Positions 1 to 13,576 of a DNA stretch of 64,000 bases are shown piece after piece. Below the pieces are notes generated by a model. That model was not told where the DNA came from. It worked only from the letters and a program-made list of their open reading frames with translations, and made no database searches. The stretch covers positions 43,423 through 107,422 of the forward strand of contig JAQGDQ010000422.1 of the NCBI GenBank assembly GCA_030141605.1. The letters are read 5' to 3'. Made by a program: the position numbers and the translations under genes. This stretch comes from Tubiluchus corallicola (taxonomy: Eukaryota; Animalia; Priapulida). Numbering within the stretch: position 1 is the first letter of the stretch; each line of letters starts with the position of its first letter.

Positions 1-268
1 GTGCAGAGGACAAGACACATGTACTCAACCTCTGTGCAGTGGACAATGTAGTGTGGTCAACCTCTGTGTAGTGGACAAGGCATGTGTGCTTAACCTCTGT
101 GTAGTGGACAAGGCACGTGTGGTCAACTTCTTTGTAGTGGACAAGACGAGTGTGGTCAACCTCTGTGTAGTGGACAAGACACGTGTGCTTAACCTCTGTG
201 TAGTGGACAAGACACGTGTGCTTAACCTCTGTGCAGAGGGCAAGGCACATGTACTCAACCTCTGTGCA
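1..268. repeat. 33-bp minisatellite (aacctctgtgtagtggacaagacacgtgtgctt), ~8 copies, runs off window edge
   Basis: Directly visible tandem units; explains the 11-aa repeat ORFs 25..258 and 53..364. Confidence 0.95.
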
Positions 269-801
269 TGTATTTACTCTTTACTTTGTACTGAAAGTAT
301 ACTATACGATCACACTCATGGTTACATTGGACTTATGGACTTTTATTCCAACATGCAGATTTAATTATTCTATGGATTCATTTCGTCAACAAGCCAACGA
401 ACTAATAAATAAGTAAATAAATAAACAACACTCTTCATTACTTTTACTTATTTCACGAGGCGGTTATCCCAATGTCATTGCTGAATTTTTCTACCATTTT
501 CTCAAACATTAAAATAAGCTTGCCTAGTGGCTTTTGCTTTAACATTGAGCAATTCTGCAAATAGAAATAATACTATTGGCGCAATAGAAACTACACAAAA
601 TTGAAAATTTATTGAAAGTTAGAAGACTATACATAAATAAATTACATCAACAAAAGTCATTCAAATTGCTTTTACGTGCCAAATTATTAAACATGTGCAA
701 GCAACGTATAAAAGAACATACACGAGGCAACTAACAACAGTAATTTTATACCATCAACCAAAGTGTAATAAATTAAAAAAAATGTACAAAGTTGCACTAA
801 A

Positions 802-1063
802 GGCATGTTCAGATTAGCGAGTTAATCGCCAAGTAAACTCATCAAGTAACTCGCCAAAAAACTCACAAGCATGTTCAGACAAGAGTTACATTCCAACTCT
901 GAGCATGAGCTGACACTCACTTCTCTACTTACTGTCAGAAGTGTCGAGAGTAACAGAGAGTTCACAATGGCCTACCGATAGTAACTCCCAGAGCAGCTCA
1001 TACTTGCAAGTTTGCTGTCAGAAAGAAAACTCCTGACTGAAAAATCGCTAGTCTAGATATGCC
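802..1063. mobile_element. MITE with ~19-bp imperfect TIRs (possibly PIF/Harbinger-like)
   Basis: ggcatgttcagattagcga ... tcgctagtctagatatgcc; non-coding interior. Confidence 0.6.
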
Positions 1064-1138
1064 ATAGCTGTAGCTAGTAGGAACGTTGTATGGTCCACGC
1101 GGGGGAAAGTTGCAAATATTAACAGCAAACATGTTTGT

Positions 1139-1667
1139 TTAAAGGAAAGAACAAGTCACTCAGTATGTTGGGTTTATTTTACTACCATCACTTAAACTTA
1201 GGAAAATTTAACAAAGAAATTTTGCATGAATTGCCAACAAAGCATAAATTTAAAATATATCAACCCTGAATAGAAATTTTTAGGCGCGGTGGTAGCCGCC
1301 AATCACTTGAAAATCATGACGTAACTGGGAGACTTCGTGACTTTTCGTAAGCGCGTCGTGGCTTTCCGTAAGCGTGCGCTGCTTAAACTAAATAGAATTT
1401 CTGCAGCTTACCTATTGTTCATGCAAAAATGTTACAAAGTTAGCTATCTGATTTTCTTTGTAAAAATGTATTATACTTTTGACAAAGATCGACAGTGCCC
1501 TACTTTTCTTCAAGACGAATGACGTCATTGGAAGAAAAATGGACATTAAGAATGAAATGATCACGACTTTAGAGTGATTTTAGTAAATACACGAGGAGCT
1601 TATTGCAATTTTATTGTTCAACATTGAGATAAGCATAACCTCCCAGAAGGCTTAGCCTTTCCTTTAA
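1139..1667 (+). mobile_element. TTAA-flanked non-autonomous DNA transposon, Kolobok-like (family D)
   Basis: ttaa|aggaaag ... ctttcct|ttaa; interior (gacttcgtgacttttcgtaagcgcgtcgtggct) recurs inverted at ~52860-53260. Confidence 0.7.
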
Positions 1668-1733
1668 CATCATTTACTACCAAATGATTTAGTAACGCTA
1701 CATAAATTTCAGGTCCACAATCATATACGTGCT

Positions 1734-4669
1734 TTATGGCTGAATGCTGTTTTCAATAGTTGGCTTTGCTGACAGATTTTCTTCGGTTGATGGAAGCGGG
1801 GGGATCGTCGCCTCCATTCCTTGTAGTTCCCTCTCTCCTTTTGACTTTACAAACATCACGTGGTCGAGACTTGTTGTTGGAGTCGGAGTGTTAACATCGT
1901 CATCACCTTTATCATCGTGACGAGCACGTATGTGGGGTTGTGACGGGTACACATCGTCTAGCACTGGTTCTGTTTCTAGCGTGTCTGATGTAGCTGCAAG
2001 GGGCGGCATTGAAATGACGGAGGATTGAGCTGAAGCGGAATTTGGACTTAACGTGGAGCCAGAAAACCCGTGTTGATTAGACAGCAAGGAAGGAAGAGAT
2101 GGGCAAGTTTCTTCAACAGAAGCGACAGACTCATTGTCAGCTAGAGTATGAGCACTAGACGTTAGAGAAACCGATATATCATTGAGGGTACTGTCATGAG
2201 TCTGGTCTGACAGTGACTGCTGGGACACACTGCGCAAAACACCAGTTGTACTACAACTAGAACGACGACTTGCTTCTTCCTCTTTATCTGCAGCTGTGTC
2301 TTTTCTTGGAAGAGATGCAGAATAAGAAGACCGTTTTGGCAGCTGATCGAGCCAGTTCTGGATTTTCTCTTTTCGAAGTGATTCAGATGTGGATACAGAT
2401 GCCCTGTTTAAGCTATCGTATTTCTCCTTTGACAAGTCTGTGTCAGTATCTTTAGCTTTGTCTTCATTTATCGCCTGAGGAGCGACCTCATCTAATTGCT
2501 CTTCAACAACATTGTCTTCTTCAAAAACATTCTGACAGATAGGCTTTGCAGGTGGCTTCGAATCTTCATCAGTTTGTAAACCTTTCAGTCTTGCATACAT
2601 TTTCCATTCCTCGAGAGAAACAGAATCAGAATCAAAGAGGGCTTCTCTAATGTGACTCTCATTGATTTCATCGGTTTCGTTCTTGTGTGGAACATCATCG
2701 TTCATTGTATGTATGACCCCAGTGACCCCAGTGATCCCAGTGACCCCAGTGACCCCATTGCTTTCTTTTTTGTCAGTTACATTTAAATCATTCTTGTCAC
2801 AACTAATTGTTTCTTCACTTTGCGACTTCACCTCTCTTTCACTTTCGTGTGCTTCACTTTCTTCAGGAAGGCTTCCTCGTTTTCCACTTTCAACTTCAGC
2901 ACCTTCCACAATCTGCTTTTCAACTTCAGCTTCAATGTCACTCAATGTTTTATCATCTTCTTCCATAGGCAAAGAAGGAGCATTCTCCTTTTGATGAGGA
3001 ACTTGATCAGGTGAAACACCACCTGCCCATGGATCATCACCAATTGGACCAAGAGGTGTAACAGACTTGGCAATACAGACTGGCTCTTCAACAAAACCAT
3101 TATCACAAATGAGAGGACTTTTCTGGATGTCACTTTTGCATTTATCAACTTCCTGCACCTTAGGGACTGTGTGAGTTGGAGTGAATACTGGGTACGGTTC
3201 TGGCTGACTTGTGCCTTCTAAAATGTTTATTAAGTTTTCTAAATCTTGCTCGTATGTTTGTTTTGGTTTTGTAGATATTTCACCCTTTTCTTCTATTTCA
3301 CCAACTAACGCATCTAGCTCTTCTTTACTCATTTGTTCTGGTGGTTTTCGATACTGTTTTGGTAATGGCACATGAGTTGGAGAAACACCACCTGACCACG
3401 GGCTATCATCTAATGGACCTGTAGGTTTAACTTTAGTAGCTACAACAATGGGCTCCTCCAGAAGATTCCCTTCCTGAGTAGTTTTACCAGTCGTCATTTT
3501 TCCATCATCCGTTGTGTCTTTTACTGGTTCCTCCACCATTTCTGGCTTATCTAAAACAGTGTCTGCATTTCGTAGTAGTTGATTCTTAAGTTCATCTTCA
3601 TGAGTTTGTTCCAGATTTTCAGAACTCACGTCTCTGATATTTTCTTCACTAGACATGCCAGTAAAAGAATCTAACTCTTTTTTGTCAACTTCTCCTGGCT
3701 TTCCCTTTCGTTCTTGAACAGACACTACAGGTTCTCTTGCACTTTTCTCGTGTGATTCTTTATTACTCACTAAATGGAAAGGTTTTGGTTTCGTTGCCGG
3801 CTTTTTTCGTTTAAGCGTATCCGTTGTCTGCGTTTCAACCGTTTTTTGTTCAACGTTGTCTAACACTGGAGACAAACTGAGCGGCTTCCGATCATAGAGG
3901 GACGGCATCGAACTTGATCTTGCTGCCTTAGCCTTTGAGTGAGTCTCGGCTGGTTTTTTGGAGGAAACTGTGGTTAAAATTCTAAACGATCCAGTCTTCC
4001 ACAACTCGTCCCCTCTATCATTCTCCGGTTCTACGGTGGTTAAAATGCGCAGAGATTTGGACCTACCCATTATCAAGCTGCCAGGTTCTGTGGGCATTAT
4101 TGTAGTTAGAATTTTTAGTGATTTGGGCTGAGTAACTTTTTTCTGTTTTGGAACTGTTACAGTCGTTGACACATGTACTGGGCTTTTGGAACGAGTTGAT
4201 TGCTTTGACGCAGTGCTAGAAGCCCTGCTTTGTCGATTAGACGCCGGATTCTCGGGAGACGGGCTTCTGCGAACAGTAACACTGCTTAATACTCTTGCGC
4301 CTGGAGACATTGAGCGAGATATTCTTTTTCGATCTAAGCTAGCATTTTGTCGAGGTTTACTGTCGACGTTATCACCTTCAACACTGACAGCACTTGTTAT
4401 TGACATAGGCTCCGCTTCTAGTGTCGGATCTGGAGTATCGGAAATATTTGAACGAGATCCCTGCGGATAGTTCAATGACACAGAACTGCAGACTGAGACG
4501 GGTTCTTTTGCAGAAGAGGCTAGCGAGAGTTCAGAATCAGAAGTATTAAGATTCCCTGGACCGTTCTCCTTGCCTTGATGATCCTGTTTCTCGTATGAAT
4601 GTGATGGTATGGGTGGTCGACCAGATAATAGTTTTACCGATCCAACTCTGACTAAGTTAGTAGCATCAC
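1734..4669 (-). CDS. Gene 1 terminal coding exon (2936 nt): long S/T/E/K/P-rich, probably disordered region
   Basis: The 915-aa ORF stays open upstream to acceptor tttcttag|GT at 4669; phase 1 matches upstream exon donor; stop TAA at 1734-1736. Confidence 0.85.
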
Positions 4670-4971
4670 CTAAGAAAAATACGAAAAAATATAATGAATT
4701 ATTAAGTCTCTTGTTTCAAAAAAATAAATAAAACAATTAGAAAGCAAAATGAATTAACAGCAACCCTCACCCCCCACTAAAGCGAGGACATGACTTTTGT
4801 TCAGACATAAACACCCACTCATCTGTAACGTTTCAACCATAACATGGTCATGATCACGCAACAATCCACCTAAATAAAAATTAATAAACATTCACATTGT
4901 GTCAAGGAAACAAAACAAATACATAATTGTTTGATTCTCACAACATGGATTTTTAATAATTTTTAAACATT

Positions 4972-5783
4972 GGGCAGGAAACAATTTAGTTATATTTTAC
5001 TTTGAGCAGGAAACAATTTAGTTATATTTTACTTTGAGCAGGAAACAATTTAGTTATATTTTACTTTGAGCAGGAAACAATTTAGTTATATTTTACTTTG
5101 AGCAGGGAACAATTTAGTTATATTTTACTTTGAGCAGGGAACAATTTAGTTATATTTTACTTTGAGCAGGGAACAATTTAGTTATATTTTACTTTGAGCA
5201 GGGAACAATTTAGTTATATTTTACTTTGAGCAGGGAACAATTTAGTTATATTTTACTTTGAGCAGGGAACAATTTAGTTATATTTTACTTTGAGCAGGAA
5301 ACAATTTAGTTATATTTTACTTTGAGCAGGGAACAATTTAGTTATATTTTACTTTAAGCAGGAAACAATTTAGTTATATTTTACTTTGAGCAGGAAACAA
5401 TTTAGTTATATTTTACTTTAAGCAGGAAACAATTTAGTTATATTTTACTTTGAGCAGGAAACAATTTAGTTATATTTTACTTTGAGCAGGGAACAATTTA
5501 GTTTTATTTTATTTTGAGCAGGGAACAATTTAGTTATATTTTACTTTTAGCAGGGAACAATTTAGTTATATTTTGCATTGAGCAGGGAACAATTTAGTTA
5601 TAATTTACATTGGGCAGGGAACAATTTAGTTATATTTTACTTTGAGCAGGGAACAATTTAGTTATAATTTACATTGGGCAGGGAACAATTTAGTTATATT
5701 TTACATTGGGCAGGGAACAATTTAGTTATATTTTACATTGCGCAGGGAACAATTTAGTTATATTTTACATTGCGCAGGGAACG
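4972..5783. repeat. 32-bp minisatellite (gagcagggaacaatttagttatattttacttt), ~25 copies
   Basis: Direct tandem periodicity of 32 nt. Confidence 0.95.
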
Positions 5784-5858
5784 CTTTAATTACCGTATAT
5801 ATAACTGATTATAATTAGCAGTGTATTTATTTAGGTGGATTGTTGCGTTATCATGACC

Positions 5859-6485
5859 TTAAAGCAAAACCGGACCCAATCTTAAACTGTAGGTCAAAAC
5901 AATCTACTCTTTAAAATATTGAAAGGAAACATACTATTTTTTCAAAAATTACTTACGTGAAAGAATTATTACCACACAAACATAATTTCACGTTCGCATA
6001 ACTAGTTCTTCGCTGTTACATGCATTTCGCCATTCGTTAGTTAGACGGAGACTAACACCTGCATTTCGCAAACGCATTGCACAAAAACAGCTGCAGTACC
6101 TCTCAGTTCACATTTTAGTTTGTGACGAACAACACACGTTTGACAGAGCTCATGCGTGAGCACAGAGGTAAATTTGAAATTTGAATTTTTACTTAAAACT
6201 TGCCTAGTTTTCTTACAACACACTGAATCTCTTACAGTAGCACTGTACTTCAATTTTTGCTTTCACAAACACATGCAACACGCTCGTGGAACATTTATGC
6301 TGTTGAAAATTATGTTCGTTTGTGATGTCATTAACAGTTGGGATCGCCCGCCGTTAATTAACTTTAGAATCTATTATTTGATTATCAGAAACGCGTTTGC
6401 AGTATTAATTGCGTTAAAATGTATAGTTTTTACCGTACTTGAAAATGTTGTAGTATATATGAAAAATTATCCTGTTTTCCATTAA
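5859..6485 (+). mobile_element. Kolobok-like MITE family A (~620 bp)
   Basis: ttaa|agcaaaaccggac ... tcctgttttcca|ttaa; at least 8 related copies in window. Confidence 0.8.
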
Positions 6486-6661
6486 CTAGTCAAAATGTTA
6501 CAAATGTTTCTATCCGAATAAAATCCACGTCTTTGTTCTAGTGAGTACAGGCTTGTTCTTTTCATTTTAAGAAAATTTCATTTTCATTGTTTTCCCCCTC
6601 ACCATCTTGAATTAGAGAGCAAATGGCGGCATTGTAAGACTGCAAAGTTACAAAAGTTAAG

Positions 6662-7150
6662 TTAAAAGGACAAGAAAAGGGGTACCTGAAACAGGTTTCA
6701 GAGAAATGGCTTTAAGAAATTATATTACTTTACAACGATATTATGCGTATATCGTGCTCGCGTTAAAGGAATTTTTGTTTCTTTTCAATTTAGAAACTGT
6801 TTTCTTCTGCAGTACTGTTCCGACCGCGCCATTACATGACGTCATATACGCACAGCGAAAATCAGGGAAAGAAAAGGAAATGTTAAACTCATCGTCCTGG
6901 TTGCACCACTCACTAACCACAAAACGTATTTCTAATCTTATTGACAAGATACAGTAATTTTAAAACTTTACTTAGTAACATGTGTGCTACGAATGCTCTG
7001 TTTATTTTTTCAAACTTTACAAAATTTTATCTAAACTTGTTTCAAATGACCTGTCGTCAAAATGGCTGCGCCTAACGGTCATCGTGGTAGTTTAACATGT
7101 TATATTCAGCGTTACTGCCGACGCAAAACCTGCAGGCAAAAAGTCAGTAT
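6662..7150 (+). mobile_element. TTAA-start repeat family B (ttaaaggacaagaaaaggggtacctgaa...)
   Basis: Homologous to 56886-57540 (+), 49435-49960 (-), 55480-55830 (-), 32590-33030. Confidence 0.7.
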
Positions 7151-7351
7151 GTAAGTGGAAGGTTTTCATGTGCTTTGAATTTAAGTCGCAAAACAGTCTT
7201 AAAACTAAACGAAAAAACAAAAAGATCCAGTTGGGTTGGAGGATTAACCATTTTTCGCCACTTTTCCTCCAAGTTCCCATTTTTTTGTTAATTAGTTAAC
7301 AGGAAACACAAGCAGTGAGGAAGAAAAACATCAAACCAGATTAAAATTTAC

Positions 7352-7474
7352 CACTGTGAGTTTTAGGCGGCTCGACGAAATCATCCAGACGTGTCATCTC
7401 AACTTCTATCTTACGTACACTGAGAAATTTCTGTTGCATCATTTTCATGATTTTCTTAATAAAACCAACGTAAT
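7352..7474 (-). CDS. Gene 1 exon: (D)YVGFIKKIMKMMQQKFLSVRKIEVEMTRLDDFVEPPKTHS(G)
   Basis: tttttag|AT ... AGTG|gtaaat; 123 nt, phase 1-1, no stop; not in ORF track. Confidence 0.88.
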
Positions 7475-7622
7475 CTAAAAATAGAAAGTGACAAGATTAA
7501 AAATTGCTTGATCCATTAAATGTTTCATGAAGCTTCCACTAATTTGATTTTCAATTTGCATCTAACTGGCCAGCGACGAACAACGATAATTTCTTGTTTA
7601 GCAGTAAGATCTTTATTATATA

Positions 7623-8150
<528 letters not shown>

Positions 8151-8589
8151 GCGTAGCCTGTAACTATTTATATTTTAGTCAGTTGCCCGGAATTTCATGG
8201 TGCTTATTCGACAGTTCACCAGCAATTCTGAAACTCAATGATACTTTACATACTTATAGCTGGACTGAAGGTTTGCATAATGCTAACCATATGACAAATA
8301 ATTTTTGAGCATTATATCTTGCAACAGTTACGCGAATTATCATCAACGTCATTTCGCTGGCCGTATGTCCAACAAGAGACGTTTTTATCTCTTCTCTATG
8401 AAATCTACTTCATACTGCATCAACAAAATTGTATACACGCGAACATATAGTGAAAGTTTCCTACGTCTGTATATATATCAACAATATTCATTACGATGCA
8501 AGTGCACATTCTTTCTTTGGAAACACCAATTACAGTATTCTCAGCCTTAGTAGAAACTGTATTACTGTACGAGTCAGGGCTCTGGACAT

Positions 8590-8818
8590 TAAAAGCATGA
8601 GTTGACCAAAGAAGATCTCAAATAAAGATCTATATGAAAAAAACAAAAGAAAAACGTTGAACAAGAGAAACAAAAAGATGCCGTTTAAGATGGATTGGGC
8701 ATATGCTTAGACTACCTGATCCAGTGAAGATAGCTCTTCAACAAGACATAGAACCAGCTAAAAAACCTGCAGGAGGACAAATGTTAACATATTTAGATTT
8801 TGCACTGAAAGATTTAAA
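8590..8818 (+). mobile_element. Degraded non-LTR retrotransposon (RTE-like) ORF2 C-terminal fragment
   Basis: Near-identical to reverse complement of 38990-39225 (RLRWIGHMLRLP...), with frameshifts and stops. Confidence 0.75.
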
Positions 8819-8921
8819 CACTTCAGCATTGATTCTTAGAAATAAATCCACTTGGGGCACTGCAGTGAGCAGGGAGTCCTAGCATAGGGAGGCAAACATG
8901 TTCCTGGACGTATGATTCATT

Positions 8922-8956
8922 GGATGATGATGACGATGATGTTGTTGTTGATGATA

Positions 8957-8989
<33 letters not shown>

Positions 8990-9002
8990 CTGATGATGAT
9001 GA
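8922..9002. repeat. (GAT)n microsatellite
   Basis: Direct. Confidence 0.95.
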
Positions 9003-9024
9003 AATATACATTCTTGATAATTAC

Positions 9025-9136
9025 CTTTCGGGAAGTCGTCGGGTCGTATTAGTTCCTTAAAAAATTCGTGCCCATTTCTCATTTCTTCAGCTTCACTCAT
9101 GCCAGGAGAATACCAAAATTTTAATGTCCTTATCTC
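9025..9136 (-). CDS. Gene 1 exon: EIRTLKFWYSPGMSEAEEMRNGHEFFKELIRPDDFPK(D)
   Basis: catttag|GAG ... AAAG|gtaatt; 112 nt, phase 0-1. Confidence 0.88.
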
Positions 9137-9706
9137 CTAAATGTAACCAAAATTTATTGCATAAAAATCTGTTTTTATCAAAAAGGCAAAAAACTATTAT
9201 TAAAGATTGCAGTAGTAAAATCTTTATATTCTAACTAGATTAGTATTTATAAGTCGAAATAAAGATAGTAAATAGAGATACTAAATCGAAATTTCGAGAT
9301 ACCAAGTCGGAATTTCGAGATACTAAGTTGGAATTTCCAGACGGTAAGTCGAAATTTCGATTTATTATTTAATCTAAGGATTGATTTAAAAAAGCTATTG
9401 TAGTTTTCAATATTTTAGAGCATATTTATTCTGAACTAATGTTTACTCAATCATCCAGTTTTCCTTTAAGTACCATGTCTCTAAGAAGTCACTGTAAAAG
9501 TAGCTAAGAAATGGCAGGGCAATTTGAAAAAAGTTACAGAACGAAATACCCACAGCTATTTAAATCACTGTAACCAAGCATTATCGAAAAAAGGGAAATA
9601 AGTGAAGTCGGGATTTGAACCAGGAACCCTTGAATTGCATGTAAACCATTTCATCAATTTTCAACCTTTTCAATCATTTCATCTTTAACACAACAATTTG
9701 GCCTAC

Positions 9707-9798
9707 CTGAGTAAGTAAAGTTTCGTGTTTTGCCTTGTCTTGTAAATAAACTTTGAACTGAAGTTCCAAGTGTGCAGGATTTTCATCATTCGAAGAAC
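9707..9798 (-). CDS. Gene 1 exon: (S)SSNDENPAHLELQFKVYLQDKAKHETLLTQ
   Basis: ctttag|GT ... CAG|gtaggc; 92 nt, phase 1-0, bridges both neighbouring exons in frame. Confidence 0.82.
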
Positions 9799-9919
9799 CT
9801 AAAGTTTACAATACAAATACTAGTTAAACTATGGATGAAAAGTGATGGTAAAAATGTGTCAGCTTTAAGACAGTTACATACAAAAATTTACTTTTATAGG
9901 ACTATAAGATTTCGCGGTA

Positions 9920-10845
9920 CAAAATGGCATCGGTAAAAGTGGCACAGCAGAGAATGGCACAGCAAAAATGGCATAAATGGAAAAGTAGGTAATAATGACA
10001 CAGGAAAAAATAGCACAGGAAAAATAGCACAGATGGAAAAGCAGGTAAAAATGACACAGGAAAGAATGGCGCAAGTGGAAAAGTAGGTAATAATGACACA
10101 GGAAAAAATAGCGTAGGAAAAATGGCACAGATGGAAAAGCAGGTAAAAATGACACAGGAAAGAATGGCGCAAGTGGAAAAGTAGGTAAAAATGACACAGG
10201 AAAACATAGCACAGGAAAAATGGCACAGATGGAAAAGCAGGTAAAAATGACACAGGAAAGAATGGCGCAAGTGGAAAAGTAGGTAATAATGACACAGGAA
10301 AAAATAGCATAGGAAAAATGGCACAGATGGAAAAGCAGGTAAAAATGACACAGGAAAGAATGGCGCAAGTGGAAAAGTAGGTATAAATGACACAGGAAAA
10401 AATGGCGCAAGTGGAAAAGTAGGTATAAATGACACAGGAAAAAATGGCGCAAGTGGAGAAGTAGGTAAAAATAGCATAGGAAAAATGGCACAGATGGAAA
10501 AGCAGGTAAAAATGACACAGGAAAGAATGGCGCAAGTGGAAAAGTAGGTATAAATGACACAGGAAAAAATGGCGCAAGTGGAGAAGTAGGTAAAATGACA
10601 AAGGAGAAAATAGCACAAAAGGAAAAGTAGATAAAAATGACACAGGAAAAAACAACACAGGAAAAAATGGCACGTGGAAAAGTAGGTAAAATGACACAGG
10701 AAAAATGGCATGGTAAAAATGGCACTGGAAAGAATGACACAGGTAAAATGACACAGGAAAAATGGCATGGTAAAAATGGCACGGCAAGAAATGGCACAGG
10801 AAAAAATGGCACAAATGGAAAAGTAGGTAAAATGACACAAATGTT
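9920..10845. repeat. Complex purine-rich satellite (aaaatggcacagg / gtggaaaagtaggtaaaaatgacacagg); inverted blocks at 11610-11812 and 12483-12612
   Basis: Direct; gives F/C/P/H-rich ORFs in three frames. Confidence 0.9.
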
Positions 10846-11379
10846 ATAATGATGCAATTGATGTCTATAATAAAACTAGAAATGCACTCAGTAGGAAACA
10901 GATCTCTGCCGAAGTCGAAAAATCCTAAACTTATTCGTCGGATTCTTTTGATTCAAAAAATTTAATACAAAGATAAACAAGCAAACGTACAAAAATGTAC
11001 ATGCATTGGTATTATAACTATCAAAAGACTCACAAAATATTTGCTCGTTAAATACATTGATAATCAATAATTCACGAATGTTCCACACAGTTTTTATCAA
11101 CCTTTTTAACTATTATCTTTGGCGACTGACATATATATATATATATGTATTTCCATACCAAGTCACCTTTTGCACCTACCTATACGCATTGAAAAGCAAA
11201 AGTTATAGACAACGTTACACAGTTTTGCAAGTGGAATATTTCCAAATGGAACCTGGAACTAACTCGTAGTTGTTTGTCCAGGTGGAGATATACTAATCAT
11301 CTCTCTGAGACCGCCACCAAGTGTTTGACGATGTTTTTTGTACGTGGTGTTTGGTCAAGTTTTGGAAAAAAAGAACCGG

Positions 11380-11560
11380 CGAAAAAGATTCCCATTTTAG
11401 CACCCGCCTTTTTTCACAAAGTTTCTTGGAAAAGTGCCAGATAGTTTTTGCGTAATAGGCTTACTGCCACAACAACCAAACAAACACACAAACAAACAAA
11501 CAAGCAAACAAACAAGCAAGCTGTGTTGACGCATAACTTCCTTGTTAGGGGGAAAATAAC
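11380..11560. mobile_element. Possible Helitron/Helentron-associated (HINE/DINE-like) fragment
   Basis: (CAAA)n tract followed by cataacttccttgttaggggg terminus, resembling such elements from recall. Confidence 0.35.
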
Positions 11561-12256
11561 TAAAATATTTATCCTCCACTGTAACCTTAATCCAAAGCGC
11601 ATATTTTACTAAGTGTGCCACTTTTGCCTGTGCCATTTTACCTGCTTTTCCACTTGTGCCATTTTTTCTGTACCATTTTTACCTACTTTTCCATTTGAGC
11701 CGTTTTTCAATGCAATTTTTCCCGTGCCATTTTTACCTGTGCCATTTTTCCCGTGCCATTTTTACCTGTACCATTTTTTCTGTGCCATTTTTACCTGTGC
11801 CATTTTTACCAACATTTGATTATAGGCTCACGTACAGCTGCACATAGTAAAAGAGAAAGCTACAATAATTCTTCTAACGTATAATATTTATTACTATAAG
11901 ATAAAAGCAGTTTTATGCCTAGATATTTGCAAAAATTGCTATAATTATAGTTTTGTCCAATTAACATAATATTTCTGTCACATGGGTCGATGTTTGAAAA
12001 TCTAATGTTAGGGCACTATCTAACAGCGTTGGCGATGACGATGACGATTGACGATTGACAGATGGCAATTCGAACCGCTGTGTTTTATATCTTTTGTTAC
12101 CAATATAACAATGCTGACTGAAGGGGAGGCAATATGATATACATGGCATTATAATGTACTTACGTACAGTCATGTCAGCAATTTGGTGAAGTTTCTATTT
12201 CAATATTTGATGTTAAAAATTGAGATGTAAACCGAGCACACTTAAACTTTACATAC

Positions 12257-12406
12257 TGTCTGGAACTTCTTTATTTATAATGATTCCTTTATGTTCGCCA
12301 CCAGCTACGTGTAGAATCTTTGAACAGTCTGATGATTTTTGTGTCCGCTCCATAACTAGTGTGGTCGACATTCTGGCCTTTTTCGTGGGAGTTAAAACAA
12401 TCTTAT
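12257..12406 (-). CDS. Gene 1 exon: (D)KIVLTPTKKARMSTTLVMERTQKSSDCSKILHVAGGEHKGIIINKEVPD(S)
   Basis: tttttgcag|AT ... GACA|gtatgt; 150 nt, phase 1-1; contains an alternative in-frame Met (MSTTLV). Confidence 0.8.
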
Positions 12407-12629
12407 CTGCAAAAATAAAGATAAAATAACTAAAATAATTATCCCCCACTGTAGCCCTAACACTAAATACTTATTTTACTAAGTGCACCATTTTTACGGT
12501 GCCATTTTTACGGTGCCATTTTTACTGTGCCATTTTTACCATTCTATTTTTCCTGCGCCATTTTAAATAGTTTTCCACTTGTGCCATTTTGTTATTTTTA
12601 CTTGTGCCATTTTGTTATTTTTAAGTGTT

Positions 12630-13016
<387 letters not shown>

Positions 13017-13017
<1 letters not shown>

Positions 13018-13537
13018 CTAGCTAAGGCCCCGCAAAAAATTTTGCGTATAAATACACTCATAATCAAAATACGTGAACATCCTACATAGTCCTCCTTTAT
13101 AACGCAAAGCCAGCAGTAGTATAATGGTGACGTCAGAACAATGCCTTTGCGTCAGACATCTAATTAACTCGTCGGCACTCCTCTTGGTGGACATGCCCTA
13201 AAATATAGCCCACATCTTCGTGTAGCCCTGTCCTTCCTCTTTCTAAAGAGCTATATATCTCCTTCCGAGAGTCCCACCAGGCGCCGCTAGAACGTTTTTT
13301 CGCATGCTTGTTTGGTCAAAATTTCCAAAAAATCGCGAGTTGGGTCCGAGAAAACGCCATTGTTCTGACGTCATCCATTATACTCCATGTCATCATCCAT
13401 GTCTATAATCTTATAGCTTTAATTCATTAAACGCTGACTTTGCGTTAGGTAAGTAAACGAACACTTGGTAGGATATTCGCGTATTTTTTATTATACGTGT
13501 ATCTATGCGCAAATTTTTTTGCGGGGCCATTGCTAGT
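13017..13537. mobile_element. Fold-back MITE with long imperfect TIRs
   Basis: actagctaaggccccgcaaaaaattttgcgtataaatacac ... gtgtatctatgcgcaaattttttgcggggccattgctagt; inner arms also pair (gacgtcagaacaatg / cattgttctgacgtc). Confidence 0.8.
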
Positions 13538-13576
13538 CGTATATATTAATTCTGCTGGTATATATATATATATATA

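Noticed and set aside
4972-5783. 32-bp repeats of CRISPR-like length
   Set aside because: No spacers; intronic eukaryotic minisatellite
8879-9024. Poly-His extension of ORF 8879..9100
   Set aside because: Lies past the donor at 9025; intronic (CAT)n
9600-9650. tRNA gene (B-box GGTTCAAATCC on the minus strand)
   Set aside because: No cloverleaf; at most a decayed tRNA-SINE head
9874-10857. Three overlapping >300-aa hydrophobic ORFs
   Set aside because: Satellite lacking stops in all frames; intronic
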